Counted from the first letter of the stretch, positions 12,866-26,395 are shown. The stretch: 64,000 nt of DNA from Octopus sinensis (GCF_006345805.1 NC_043019.1:30007360-30071359), one strand, 5' to 3'. The notes: generated by a model not told the origin, from the sequence alone. Program-made: numbers and translations.

Positions 12866-13292
12866 GGAATCAAATAATATATAGTATTATTATTAATATA
12901 TTAGTATTATTATTCAGTTTCTGTCTACCAAATCCACTCATAAGGCTTTGGTCGGCCCGAGGCTATAGTAGAAGACACTTGCCCAAGGTGCCATGCAGTG
13001 GGACTGAACCCAGAACCATGTGGTTAGGAAGCAAGCTACTTACCACACAGCTACTCCTATGCCTATATGATTAATTCAAAACAATGCGAATAAATAAGCT
13101 TTGCTTTTGATGGAGTAATTTGAATGCTAAAGGGTTGAAGTGCAAGCAGCATTAAAATGCTTTATTTGGGATTGTCATCTGTGGTCTCTTGACTGATGAA
13201 ACCTGAGAGACACCAGTTCCAGTTGATTGAAATGATCCACAACTCTTCCAACCCCTAAAATTGCTGGTTCTGTGCCAGAATTTGGAACCAAT

Positions 13293-13661
13293 ATTATTAC
13301 CTCCGCCTTCGCCGAGGCAGAGGTATTGTTTTCAGTCATGTTTGTTTGTCCGTGGACAAGATATCTCAAGAACTGCTGGATGGATTCAGATGAAACTTTC
13401 AGGGATCTTTAGTCTCATGACTATCACAAACTGGTTAGATTTTGGGATCGATCTGGTACCGGACAAGGATTCTGGATTATTTTTCCATTTTTTTTTTACT
13501 TAAGTTTTGAAGGCCGTTGGGTTCATTTTTAGTAAACTCGTTTGTGAGAGCAGTCGAGTTGATTTCAGATATTCTCATTTTAAAAAATCATCTCCGGCTA
13601 ATCATTGATAGGATGCTGGCGTTGCCTTGGCAGATGTTTATGCTCTCTGAGTGCTCTTGTT
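13293..13661 (+). mobile_element. Non-autonomous Helentron/DINE-1-like element (HINE)
   Basis: Starts attacctccgcc..gccgaggc, has an internal gtttgtttgtcc tract, and ends gccttggc.ga.g...tgctctctgagtgctc..gtt; subterminal inverted repeats typical of the family. Confidence 0.65.
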
Positions 13662-14041
13662 CTACTTGTTATGATGTATTCAAGTGTTATACTTTAATGA
13701 TGTTAATTATGAAATAAAATCAAAGACACAATCCAAATCTTTATCAAAATGAAACAATGTTCTGAAGATCTATAAAGTCATGCATCAAAATAGAAATAAA
13801 ATACAATATGGACTTTACACACAAGTTCCACTAATTATCATAGTTGTACTAAAACTCATTAGTCTTCAATTCTCAGCTGTCCATACTTTATCTGAATAGA
13901 AGGAGGTGGTTTGGTTGCAACATGGTTGCTGTTCAGACAAAAGGATATGTTTATTTAATGATATCAGCCAATATGTTTTATGGAATGAAATAAACAAACA
14001 GTTTCTATAGATTTTTACTAATAATATATAGTAATTTTAGT

Positions 14042-14382
14042 GAAGGCGCATGGCTCAGTGGTTAGAGCGTCGAGCTTACGATCGTGAGGTTGTGAGCTCG
14101 AATCCCGGACCGGGCTGGGTGTTGTGTTCTTGAGCAAGGCACTTTATTTCATGTTGCTCCGGTTCACTCAGCTGTAGAAATGAGTTGCGACGTCACTGGT
14201 GCCAAGCTGTATCGATCTTTGTCTTTCCCTTGGATAACACTGGTGGCGTGGAGGGGGGAGGCTGGTATGCATGGGCGACTGCTGGTCTTCCATAAACAAC
14301 TGTGCCCGGACTTGTGTCTAGGAGGGTAACTTTCTAGGTGCAATCCCATGGTCATTCATGACCGAAGGGGGTCTTTACCCTT
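14042..14382 (+). mobile_element. SINE family B, full length (tRNA-derived head)
   Basis: A box tggctcagtggtt, B box gagctcgaatcc, CORE-like ttgagcaaggcactttatttc. Near-identical copies at 29614-29953, 35499-35833 and 58463-58770 (-). Confidence 0.9.
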
Positions 14383-14593
14383 TATAGTAATTTTAAGGTG
14401 ATGAGCTCGTAGAATTGTTACTATGCCAGGCAAAATGCTTAGCGGCATTTCATAGCTTCATGATCTGAGTTCAAATTCCACCAGTGTTGACTTTGCTTTT
14501 CATCTTTTGGGGGTTGATAAAATAAGTACCAGTTAAGTACTGGGGTCGATGTAATTGACCTACCCTCTCCTTTGAACTTGCTGACCATGTGCC

Positions 14594-15648
14594 AAAATTT
14601 GAAAACAATATGTAGCAATTTGAAAGCAATATGTAGCAATCTGAAAGCAATATGTAGCAATTTGAAAGCAATATGTAGCAATCTGAAAGCAATATGTAGC
14701 AATTTGAAAGCAATATGTAGCAATTTGAAAGCAATATGTAGCAATCTGAAAGCAATATGTAGCAATCTGAAAGCAATATGTAGCAATTTGAAAGCAATTG
14801 TAGCAATTTGAAAGCAATATGTAGCAATTTGAAAGCAATATGTAGCAATCTGAAAGCAATATGTAGCAATTTGAAAGCATATGTAGCAATTTGAAAGCAA
14901 TATGTAGCAATTTGAAAGCAATATGTAGCAATCTGAAAGCAATATGTAGCAATTTGAAAGCAATATGTAGCAATTTGAAAGCAATATGTAGCAATTTGAA
15001 AGCAATATGTAGCAATTTGAAAGCAATATGTAGCAATCTGAAAGCAATATGTAGCAATTTGAAAGCAATATGTAGCAATTTGAAAGCAATATGTAGCAAT
15101 TTGAAAGCAATATGTAGCAATCTGAAAGCAATATGTAGCAATTTGAAAGCAATATGTAGCAATTTGAAAGCAATATGTAGCAATTTGAAAGCAATATGTA
15201 GCAATCTGAAAGCAATATGTAGCAATCTGAAAGCAATATGTAGCAATCTGAAAGCAATATGCAGCAATCTGAAAGCAATATGTAGCAATTTGAAAGCAAT
15301 ATGTAGCAATCTGAAAGCAATATGTAGCAATCTGAAAGCAATATGTAGCAATTTGAAAGCAATATGTAGCAATTTGAAAGCAATATGTAGCAATTTGAAA
15401 GCAATATGTAGCAATTTGAAAGCAATATGTAGCAATCTGAAAGCAATATGTAGCAATCTGAAAGCAATATGTAGCAATCTGAAAGCAATATGCAGCAATC
15501 TGAAAGCAATATGTAGCAATTTGAAAGCAATATGTAGCAATCTGAAAGCAATATGTAGCAATCTGAAAGCAATATGTAGCAATTTGAAAGCAATATGTAG
15601 CAATTTGAAAGCAATATGTAGCAATTTGAAAGCAATATGTAGCAATTT
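14594..15648. repeat. 21-bp minisatellite, about 49 units (agcaatYtgaaagcaatatgt)
   Basis: Direct reading; two 1-nt deletions near 14798 and 14879; no spacers. Confidence 0.97.
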
Positions 15649-15793
15649 TAAGGTGGCAAGATGGTAGAAATGTTACTGCACCCAGCAATTTGCTTAAGCT
15701 GCATTTCATCCATCTTTATGTTCCAAGTTCAGGTTCCACCAATGTCGACTTTGCCTTTCATCCATTTGGGGTTGATAAAATAAGTATCAGTAA

Positions 15794-15966
15794 TAGGCGC
15801 AGGAGTGGCTGTGTGGTAAGTAGCTTGCTTACCAACCACATGGTTCTGGGTTCAGTCCTACTGCGTGGCACCTTGGGCAAGTGTCTTCTACTATAGCCTC
15901 GGGCCGACCAAAGCCTTGTGCATGGATTTGGTAGATGGAAACTGAAAGAAGCCCATTGTATATATG

Positions 15967-15997
<31 letters not shown>

Positions 15998-16210
15998 ATA
16001 TGTTTGTGTGTCTGTGTTTGTCCCCCCAACATCGCTTGACAACTAATGGTGGTGTGTTTATGTCCCTGTAACTTAGCAGTTCAGCAAAAGAGACTGATAG
16101 AATAAATATTAGGCTTTCAAAGAATAAGTCCTGGGGTCTATTTGCTCGACTAAAGGCGGTGCTCCAGCATGGCTGCAGTCAAATGACAAACAAGTAAAAG
16201 AGTAAAAGAG
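15794..16210 (+). mobile_element. SINE family A, full length, inserted in a family C SINE (TSD agtaat)
   Basis: Head aggcgcaggagtggctgtgtggtaag, B-box-like gggttcagtcc, tail gactgaaacaagtaaaagag-like. Other copies at 25688-26066, 40706-41078 (-) and 63155-63545. Confidence 0.9.
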
Positions 16211-16989
16211 TAATGTACTGGGGTTGATGTAATTGACTTAGCCCCTCTCCTAAACTTGCTGGCTTATGCCAAAATTTGAAGACAATATGTAACAATTTAT
16301 GACAGCAGTCGTGTTATTTCATTAACAACAATTTGAGAACAATTTAAGGCCACAATCACATTCCTTTCATTAATTACAATTCAAAGCAGCTGTCCTGCCT
16401 ATTTCATTAATTACAATATAAAGCACCCATCACATTCATTTTATCTTCATCATCATCATTGTGTTAATATCTTTTCTGTGCTTCCATGAGTTTGGCGGAA
16501 CTTGTAGAGGTGAATTTTCTGTTGCTAACCCTCACCTATTTCCAAGTTAGATAATATTTCTGCATGACTAGACATGTTTACTGAGAATATCAGAAACGAC
16601 ACTGCTTGCATAACAGGGATATAGCATAACAGGCTAAAGTAGAAGACTCTTGCAGTGGGTCTGAACCCGGAACCATGTGGTTGGTAAGCAAGCTACTTAC
16701 CACACAGCCACTCTTGTGCCTATTATTGTTTATTTAATTGGATATTTACTTTATAAAGTGTGTCTTGTGTTTGTAGATTGTTTCATTTGGGTTGTGCTAT
16801 TGAATTAAATAGTGCCTTGCATAAGATGTGGGTGGTTCCCAGTAGGGCTATTTTGGGGGTTTGTGTGCAGTGTTGTGGATCCAAATATGATATCTATGTT
16901 TTTGTTCATATGTTTTTTTTCTTCATCATACCTAATGCTCCAATTATTACAGGTGTTGTTTTCACCTTCATGCTCCACTTATTGAATAG

Positions 16990-17180
16990 TGAATATCATC
17001 ATCATTATCATCTTCATTATCATCTTCGTCATCATCATCATCATCATCATCTTCTTCTTCTTCTTCTTCTTCTTCTTCTTCTTCTTCTTCTTCTTCTTCT
17101 TCTTCTTTGTCGTCATCGTCCTCGTCGTCGTCCTCCTCCTCCTCCTCATCTGCGTTGTCGTCATCATCATCATCATCAGC
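16990..17180. repeat. (CAT)/(CTT)/(CGT)/(CCT) trinucleotide mosaic
   Basis: Direct reading. Confidence 0.95.
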
Positions 17181-17460
17181 ATCTATATTATTCAGTGGTG
17201 AGTTAGCAGAATTGTTACCATCCTGAACAAAATACTAACTGGCATTTCTTCTGATTTTATGTTCTGAGGTCGAATCTCACTGAGGTTGACTTCGCTTTTC
17301 ATCTTTTCGTGGTCAATAAAATATGTACCAGTTGAGTCCCTGGATCAATGTAATCAACTAGCCCCTCCCCTTAAAACTGCTAGCTTTGTGCCAAAATTAG
17401 AATTATTATTACTGTTGTTGATGTTGTTGTTGTAGTAAGTATACTCGCACACACATATAT

Positions 17461-17673
17461 ATATGAGAGGATGCTGAAAAGTTTGGGTAAAATAAAATAC
17501 AGGAGGATCATATAATTATGATTTTATTCAACATAGTCCTCTCTCAGATTCACACACTTATTGCAGAAATCCTTCAGTTTTTCTAAGCCCTGTAAAATAT
17601 CTTGGAAGGTTGGGCCTCCAACCAGGCTTTTCATGATACCCTTAAAGCCATGAACTTTTCAGCACCCCCGCAT
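17461..17673. mobile_element. mariner-type MITE
   Basis: Inverted termini atgagaggatgctgaaaagtt / aacttttcagcacccccgcat. Confidence 0.65.
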
Positions 17674-17761
17674 ATGCATGCATGTATGTATGTATGTATG
17701 TATGTATGAATGTATGTATGTATGTATGTATGTATGTATGTATATATGTATGTGTGTGTGT

Positions 17762-17799
<38 letters not shown>

Positions 17800-20534
17800 C
17801 TGGCACTGTTGGTTACAGTAACAAGGGTTCCAGTTGATCCGATCAATGGAACAGCCTGCTCATGAAATTAAGGTGCACGTGGCTGAGCACTCCACAGACA
17901 CAAATACCCTTAATGTAGTTTTAGGGAGATTCAACGTGTGATAAGGCTGGCCCATTGAAATACAGGTACTACTAATTTTTGCCAGCTGAGTGTACTGGAG
18001 AAACATGAAATTAAGCGTCTTGCTCAAGGACATGCATCACTGGGAATTGAACTCACGAGCTTACGACCGTGAGCCGAATACTTTAACCACTAATCCATGC
18101 ACCTTCACTGCATCTATGTAGAAAGAGAGAGAGAGAGAGAGAGCAAGAAAGTTAGTACTAACAGTCATCATAACACTCAGTATTGGTTAAAAATCTAAAT
18201 ATATTCTACATTACAGAATCGCAAAGAAGCAGAACATGCTCAACACAAGTGATTTAATAGTCCAACAATTAATTATACTAGGAACATCATTAAAATATTA
18301 ATTAAGAACACCTTAGCATTCTATTGACTGGAACACTATAATCAGATAATTAATTTTTTTTTGCTACACATCTATATTTTTATATTTTACAGTTTTTTAG
18401 TCATGTAACTATGTTTTTTTTAAACTTATAATAACCATCTCTGCTTAGTTCATATCTTAATGAAGCATTTCTGTATAATATAATTAATCGCCAGGATGAT
18501 TTAATTGCAAGATTGACCAGATAACATGAAATACCTCAGAGATGTGGAAAGGGGATTATAAAAATCAAACAGGAGAGAATGGTAGCCATGGTTTCATTTT
18601 TGCCTTGTTGTCATACCTGGTTTGAGAGATGCTGACATCACCTGGTGACTTTGGAATGCTGGGGTAACTGGCAAGATCAATGCATTGAACATTCATTTGA
18701 GCTGCAGCAATTCAACACCTGTAGGCATAAGGGAAAATGTGAACAGAAGGGGAATTCCAGTTCGAAGGCGGCGAGCTGGCAGAAATGTTAGTGCGTCAGG
18801 TGAAATGATTAGCGGTATTTCGTCTGCCGCTACATTCTGAGTTAAAATTCCGCCAAGGTCGACTTTGCCTTTCATCCTTTCGGGGTCAATTAAATAAGTA
18901 CCAGTTGTGCACTGGGGTTGATATAATCGATTTAATCCGTTTGTCTGTCCTTGTTTGTCCACTCTGTGTTTAGCCCCTTGTGGGTAGTAAAGAAATAGGT
19001 ATTTCATCTGCTGCTACATTCTGAGTTCAAATTCCACCAAGGTCGACTTTGCCTTTCATCCTTTCGGGGTTGATTGAATAAGTACCATTTACGCACTGGT
19101 GTCGATGTAATCGACTTAATCCGTTTGTCTGTCTTTGTTTGTCCTCTCTAGGGCAAGGGTCTTCTACTATAGCCCTGGGCCAATCAAATTTTTGTGAGTG
19201 GATTTGGTTGAAAGAAACTGAAAAAAAGGCCATTGTATGTGCGTGTCTATGTGTGTGTGGGGGTGTCCATGTCTGTCTCCTCCATCACTTGATAACTGAT
19301 TTTGGTTTGTTTATGTCCACTTAACTTAGCTGCTTGGCAGAAAGAAACCAATAAAATAAGTACCAGCATTCAAAATGAAAAAGCACACTGGATTAATTTG
19401 TTTAACTAAAACCCTTCAAGGCGATGCTCCAGCATGGTCACCATCCAGTGACTGAAACAAGTAAAATATATAAAATGGTAGTAGATGGATGTTCCTAATT
19501 CTGTACATAAGCATTGTCCTCTACATTGTCCATTTTCATAATTAAAACTTGACATGACAAACCATTTCATATTCTGTCATAATTCAATTTGAGTAATCTC
19601 CCTTGCTTTTGTTTGGTTGAGTTGAATGCTGTTTGAAACAAGGTGTAGTCTTAATTAATTGAAGTTATGCTTTCTACATGAAGTGTGCTACCACTTACTT
19701 TCCTAGTCATCATCACTATCATCATAATCATAATCATCATTTAACTATCAGTTTTCTATGCATGCTTGTATAGGTTGAATGGAGTTTACTGAGGCCTGTT
19801 TTCTACAGCTGGATGCCCTTCCTGTAGCTAACCCTCACCTGTTTTCAAGCAAAATGATATTTCTTCATGGCCAGACATGTTTTTGCAGAATAATATAAAT
19901 GAATGATACTACTTGTATGCTGCTATCATGTGATGTTAGGCTAAGGACACACACACACACACACACAACATTTATATACATACGTAAGCACACACACATA
20001 CACCCACATACACACATACATATATATGATAGGCTTCTTTCACTTTCCATCTACCAGATCCGCTCACAAGGCTTTGGTCAGCTCAGGGCTATAGTAGAAC
20101 ACACTTGTTCAAGGTGTCACACAGTGGGACTGAACCCAGCACCATGTCGTTGGGAAGCGAACTTCTTACCACACAGCCACTAATGTGAAACAACCTTGTT
20201 TAACCCTTTAGTGTTCGCATTATTCTGCCAAAATTAATGCTTTTTTATCCACTTTGTTTTGAACTAATCATGCATTATCTTGTAGCTATGAGATTTTGAT
20301 GAGGTAGCTGTTAATTTCTAGAACAATATTGTAGGGTTGGTGTGAGAAACCAGATATGGCCAGTTTGAACATAAAACAGGCAGAATACTTTTGGCCGGAT
20401 ATGGCCAGTTTAAATGCTAAAGGGTTAATTAAAATCAAATAAACACTGTATAATCCATTGCTTGATTAATGTATTCTGATGTTATCCTTTAACGATATAT
20501 TTATGTGATATTATTTTTTTTTTCTTTGTGACAG

Positions 20535-20718
20535 TTAAGTAAGAAACTGATGTATGCCTTGTCAGGAGAAGGGGAGTCCTCAGGTTCAGCCCAGGAGAAT
20601 CAAGCACAGTCAAGTTCAACACAAGCATCATGTCAGAAAACCAAGGTTTGGTCCTTGGCAGCTTTACGCTCAGAGATCGTTAATATATTGAACAGTCACA
20701 AGCAACAAAGAAATCCAG
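20535..20718 (+). CDS. Internal coding exon of an unidentified protein (LSKKLMYALSGEG...KVWSLAALRSEIVNILNSHKQQRNP)
   Basis: Poly-T tract + acag acceptor, 61 open codons, cag|gtaagg donor. Phase 0 in, phase 1 out, matching the 44994/44997 acceptor. Unique sequence. Confidence 0.75.
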
Positions 20719-20767
20719 GTAAGGTTACAGACAATCGATCACCTGACTTTTGTGATTAGACCTTCAT

Positions 20768-22158
20768 TAACCCTTTCACTGCAAAATTAAATTTCATTGT
20801 TATTCCAGTCATGATGTTAAGTATCTACCAAAAAATAGAATTGTTATTTTCTGTAAGGTATATTCTTTTCTACTCTAGGCACAACGCCTGAAAGTTTTAG
20901 GGAAGGGGCTAGATGATTAGATCAACCCCAGTATGCAACTAGTACTTAATCTGTCAATCCTGAAAGAATGAAAGGCAAAGTTGACCTCTGCAGAATTTGA
21001 ACTGAAAAAAATCATTCGAGCAAGGTCGTTGCCAGTGCCGCTGGACTGGCTCCTGTGCAGATGGCACATAAAAAGCACCATTTGAGCATGGCCATTGCCA
21101 GTACCGCCTGACTGGCCCTCATGCTGGTGGCACGTAAAAGCACCCACTACACTCTCGGAGTGGTTGACATTAGGAAGGGCATCCAGCTGTAGAAACTCTG
21201 CCAGATTAGATTGGAGTCTGGTGCAGCCATCTGGTTCACCAGACCTCAGTCAAATCGTCCAACCCATGCTAGCATGGAAAGCGGACATTAAACGATGATG
21301 ACGATGATAATGATGACGACATAAAGACGGATGAAATACCTCAAAGCATTTCGCCTGGTATGCTAATGTTTCTGCCAGCTCACCGCCTATGGCATATTGC
21401 CTCAAAGATAGTATATCTCAACAGAAAAAATAGCTTTAAACATGACATTCCTCAACAAAAGATAGATTGGAATATAAAACTGCTTTTTGTAAGATAAGGG
21501 TAATGAAACTTTAATTGGATATATCTGATTTTTGCAGTAAAAGGGTTAAAATCAAAGTAGGGGACATTGGATAATGTGGTCCTGAATTCAGTATATCTGA
21601 AAAGAAGTAGGATAGTCGTGGTTGGACTATCTTTGATCACAGGTTTGATGAGGGGTCCCTTAATTTGTTTACTGCAAAATTAAATTTCTTCATTATTCCA
21701 GTAATGATGTTAAACATCAACCAGAAAATAGAATTGGTATTTTCTGCAAGTCTTGTTGCCTCAGTACACTTGACATATCTCAATAGAAAATAGTTTCAAA
21801 CATGACATTCTTCATCAAAAGATAAATTGGTATATAAAAAATAAGGCGGCAAGCTGGCAGAATCATTAGCACGTCGGGTGAAATGCTTAGCGGTATTTCG
21901 GCTGCCGTTACGTTGTGAGTTCAAATTCCGCCGAGGTCGACTTTGCCTTTCATCCTTTCAGGGTCAGTAAATTAAGTACCAATTACGCACTGGGGTCGAT
22001 GTAATCGACTTAATACCTATGTCTGTCATTGTTTGTCCCCTCTGTGTTTAGCCCCTTGTGGGTAATAAAGAAATAGGTATATAAAAATTGCTTTTTGCAG
22101 TTATGGTTAATGAAATTTTGAATGGATATATCTGATTTATGCAGTAAAAGGGTTAATT
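20768..22158. mobile_element. Cluster of TTAA/CCCTTT-terminated MITE units interrupted by SINEs C and D
   Basis: ttaaccctttcactgcaaaattaaattt ... gcagtaaaagggttaa termini. The same two-unit-plus-spacer layout recurs at ~62680-63715. Confidence 0.55.
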
Positions 22159-22295
22159 TAGTAAAATCTTTTCTTAATGATGTCATACACTTATACGACA
22201 TAGTGATCCAATAACTGTATTTTAATTTAATTAATTACGGCGATGTACTTGCATAGCAAGTGATTTGATCTGAGATCGTGTGCTGAAACGAAAAC

Positions 22296-22613
22296 AATTG
22301 CAGTGTGGAAGGTGTTTGTAAGCCATTTAAGAAACACACAAAAGCTGTTCGATTCACTTCAACATTTAAGTTTAATTTGTCAAAATATTTTTGTTGCTTT
22401 AAGACCGCGACCTGTTCACTGACAAAAATCCATCCTGCGACAAAAATCCGTGCTGCATCTGAGCTCAGATGCAGCACGGATTTTTGTCAGTGAACAGGTC
22501 ACGGTCTTAAAGCGCCGAAAATATTTTGACAAATTAAACTTAAATGTTGAAGTGAATCGAACGGCTTTTGTGTGTTTCTTAAATGGCTTACAAACACCTT
22601 CCACACTGCAATT
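22296..22613. repeat. Loop-less ~318-bp palindrome (foldback element)
   Basis: Centre ...catctgag|ctcagatg... at 22463/22464. Arms are near-perfect apart from an 18-nt insert in the left arm. The ORF track shows mirror-image peptides. Confidence 0.92.
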
Positions 22614-22925
22614 TGATTAATGAAATATGGATATGATCAGAGTAAACTGCAAACTGAATTCTGAGGTGGAGTAATGGTGTTGTGTAGTTGGTTGAATCAA
22701 ACTTCAATATATGTTTTTTGTGTTTCTTTACATCTGTTTCTGTTCTGTTAGGAACAGGTGTGGCTGTGTGGTTGAGAAGCTTGCTTCCCAGTCATGTGGT
22801 CTTAGGTTCAGTCTCACTGTGTGGCACCTCAGGCAAGTATCTTTTATTACAGCCCAGGGCTAACCAAAGCCTTGTGAGTTGATTTGGTAGATGGAAACTG
22901 AAAGAAACTCACTGTGTGTGTGTGT

Positions 22926-22965
<40 letters not shown>

Positions 22966-23288
22966 CCTTGTCTAGACATCATTTGGTGGTTGTAAATGAG
23001 CAGCTCAGCCATGCTTCCATGGGTCAGTCAGAATTTGGTGAGGTAGTTTTTCTACAGCCAGATGCCCTTTCTTTCATCAATCCTCAGCTTTTTTCAAGCG
23101 AAGTAATATCTCCCCGTGGCCAGATATGTCTTTCACGGATGGTTAGAAACGAAGGAAACCGTTTCTGCAATGAAGACTCTCATTTACAACTGTTGCAGGA
23201 TGTCAAAACAAACAGACAAACAGACAGATACACACACACACGCAAGCATGTATGCGTGCAAACACATGTACATAAATGTGTGTGTGTA

Positions 23289-23319
<31 letters not shown>

Positions 23320-23332
23320 GTATGTACGTATT

Positions 23333-23458
23333 TATAACCAAAATAAGCAACAAGGATATCCAGTTGATGTAATGTTTGCATTGTTCAATTAAATGGAGTT
23401 GCTTGAAATGATTGTACTGCATTACCTCTGGATATCCTTGTTGCTTATTTTGATTATA
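23333..23458. mobile_element. Small MITE with ~31-bp terminal inverted repeats
   Basis: tataaccaaaataagcaacaaggatatccag / ctggatatccttgttgcttattttgattata. Confidence 0.7.
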
Positions 23459-24089
23459 ATTGCCTTATTTTAAATTATATGGATAATACCATACTAAATT
23501 CTGGTGCCTTCAACTTAAGTACCATATTCATCTGAATCTAAATTTTACTGAACTTATATATACACACACACACACACATATATATTATATATATATGTAT
23601 ACCTATATATATAGTATATATGTATGTCTCTCTCTCTCTCTCTAAGATATTTCAAATAACTTTTGTCTGCCAGTGACCCAGGTGGCTATGTCTAACTCAA
23701 TAGAACCATGAAAACACATATTATGTTCCCTATAGATGTGTTTTTTTATGAAACAGCTGGAATTTAAAGTTTTTAGTAATCTCTTACTTTAATATTTCTT
23801 AAAAATTTAACCAAAAATTTGTTAGTTTTCCCAAGACAATTCTTATTCAAAGAATATAATGAATATTTTATTGAAATTATTTTATGAAAAATATCTAAAA
23901 ATAAATTTAGGTTAGAGTACTTATATTTCAGATGTTATTAGTTACTTCAGTCATTTCATTACAGACTGAATGTATGTAGTTTTGGCATTGATATTTAACT
24001 ACAGGCCAATTGTTGTTGGGTAGAGCTATGATCAAAGGCATTCCATCTGTGACCATCTTGTCTTTTTAGAGAATATTTACAATCACATT

Positions 24090-24420
24090 ATCTTCTTCTT
24101 CAGCTGTCTGTTGCAGGTCAATGTTGCCTGTTCTTGTTCTGTAACCACCTCTGGCAGGCTTGCATATGGGCTACAAGTCCTGTTCTTGATCTGCAGCAGT
24201 GATGACACCTGCTGCAGGTGAAGCTACCTGATGCAACGGAGAAATGATGCCTCTCAGGTGCTTTTTCCTATTCTTTTTGTTGTGTTTCCTCAATGCCTGG
24301 CTTTACAAGCTTTAGCAAAAAGCACCATTCGTCATGCTGGTGTCTGGGGAGATGCTGGAGTTCTTCATATGTCTCCTCAGCATATGTGTAATGTGGAAGA
24401 CCGAAGAGTCTTCTCAACTA
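24090..24420 (-). mobile_element. RTE-like LINE 3' end with a single C-terminal C2HC finger and (GAA)n tail
   Basis: Reverse complement translates FTCSRCHHCCRSRTGLVAHMQAC (C-x2-C-x12-H-x3-C), then a stop and gaagaaga. Confidence 0.6.
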
Positions 24421-26149
24421 AATAGGAATATGATAGAGAGGGAGGTGGCTTTATGCTATGTGGTGAAGGATTAACCCTTTTGTTACCATATTTCTGTTGA
24501 GATGCTTTGTGTTTCTTTCAATTAATTTTAAATATAACAAAGAATTTAGTAAAATAACTTAGTTATCATTCAGCTAGTGTTAGGAATACAAATTGCGACT
24601 AAGGTTTGTTGAAAGATGCAACTCCATAGCTACATGCTAGTGCTCAAGTCCCTGTTAGTGATTTGGCTAACTACTCCTTGACATCTGACCACTTTTTTCT
24701 CTTTTCCCATAGTTCCCACAGAATAATCTCTGCAAGGTCACTGGATCTTGTTTTGTAGTCACAATGTCTCAGCTTTCCTTTCTCCATCATTGTCTGTTGA
24801 AAAAATAAGAAGTAAATGCGCCCTTTTAAAGCCTAGCCAGGCTCATGGGCTCGGTTTCCCAGTTTCTATGGTGTATGTGTTCCCCCCAGCTGGACAGGAT
24901 GCCAGTCCATTGCAGTGTTACTCATTTTTGTCAGCTGAGTGGACTGGAGCAACGTGAAATGAAGTGTTTTGCTCAAGAACACAACGCGTCGCCCGGTCCA
25001 GGAATTGAAACCACAATCTTACAATCATGGTACTGACACCCTAACCACTAACCTACGCACCTCCACAAATTTGTCTGTTGAAGGTGTTTGTTAAAAGCCA
25101 ACATGACACTGAAAGGTGCCATGGATCTGCTCTCTTGTGATGTGAACTGACTATGAGTTGCCAAAACTGTTGAGGCAGTAGCCTCTCATTTCCAAGACTT
25201 GTGTCTTTCTCTCTCTGTATCTCTACAGTTGGAGTCTTTGTGATATAATTTAAACAGATGTCACCATTTCTTAATTTAGACAAGATTGTTCAAATTATTT
25301 GAGTTTGTTCATTCGAAGGAAATATATATATATCAATCATTATGATCAATATCCACATTAAATGAAACATATTTATTGATCAATAAAGATCAGTAGTTTT
25401 ATAAATTTCAGTATATTGGCCATCAAAATGAACTGCAACATTTAAACATTGTATATTGGCTTGCTACACTAGTAGAAATATTTAAAAGGTATAAATATAT
25501 TGACCTATTAAGATAAAAACTTGTATTAAATTTCCATATATCTTGGCCATAAAGATAGACAGCTATATTAAAACACTTTATATTGGTCATCTAAATGAAA
25601 TCTTTTAATGATGGAGATATATTTTGTTTTGTAAAAATGAAATAGTACAGTATGTATATAAATTAAAAAAAAAACAACTTAACTACATAGGCGCAGGAGT
25701 GGCTGTGTGGTAAGTAACTTGCTAACCAACCACATGGTTCCGGGTTCAGTCCCACTGCGTGGCATCTTGTCTACAATAGCCTTCTGCTATAGCCTCGGGC
25801 CGACCAAAGCCTTGTGAGTGGATTTGATAGACAGAAACTGAAAGAAGCCTGCCGTATATATGTGTGTCTGTGTTTGTCCCTCTAGCATTGCTTGACAACC
25901 GATGCTGGTTTATGTCCCCGTCACAAAAGTTCGGCAAAAGGGACCAATAGAATAAGTACTGGGCTTACAAAGAATAAGTCCCGGGGTCAATTTGCTTGAC
26001 TAAAGGTGGTGCTCCAGCATGGCCGCAGTCAAATGACTGAAATAAGTAAAAGAGTAAAAGAGAGTAAGAGTATTCTATAGCCATTAAATAAGATATATTT
26101 AGATACATGTGTATGGAAGTAAGCATGTACAATCAAAATAGGTAATCCC

Positions 26150-26395
26150 TCCCTCCATCCATTCATCCATTTTCTCTGCCCACTATTCCAGGGAGATTTG
26201 TGGGGGCAGATTCTTCTGACACCTTCATAAGTTCTAATCAGAAACAGCTGTCATAAGACTTTCCTGCTGGATTCCCAAGCATGATCAACTGAAATTATGG
26301 ATATTATCCAACCATTTCATCCTTGGTCTACCCACTAGTTCTCCTGCTGGTTGGCTTGGTTTGAAAAATCTGTCTTGTGATTCTTGTGTGTGTTT
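26150..26395 (-). mobile_element. RTE-clade LINE 3' end with (GGAT)n tail
   Basis: Translates TRITRQIFQTKP...GRPRMKWLDNI. Same family at 53800-54480 (-). Confidence 0.7.

Noticed and set aside
14042-14120. tRNA gene calls for SINE heads (also 15794, 45967-46041, 10262-10355)
   Set aside because: A/B boxes are present but acceptor and anticodon stems do not pair, and the heads continue into repeat bodies.
14439-15709. Long ORFs (up to 412 aa) and possible CRISPR array
   Set aside because: They come from a stop-free 21-bp tandem unit; units abut with no unique spacers, and there are no cas genes.
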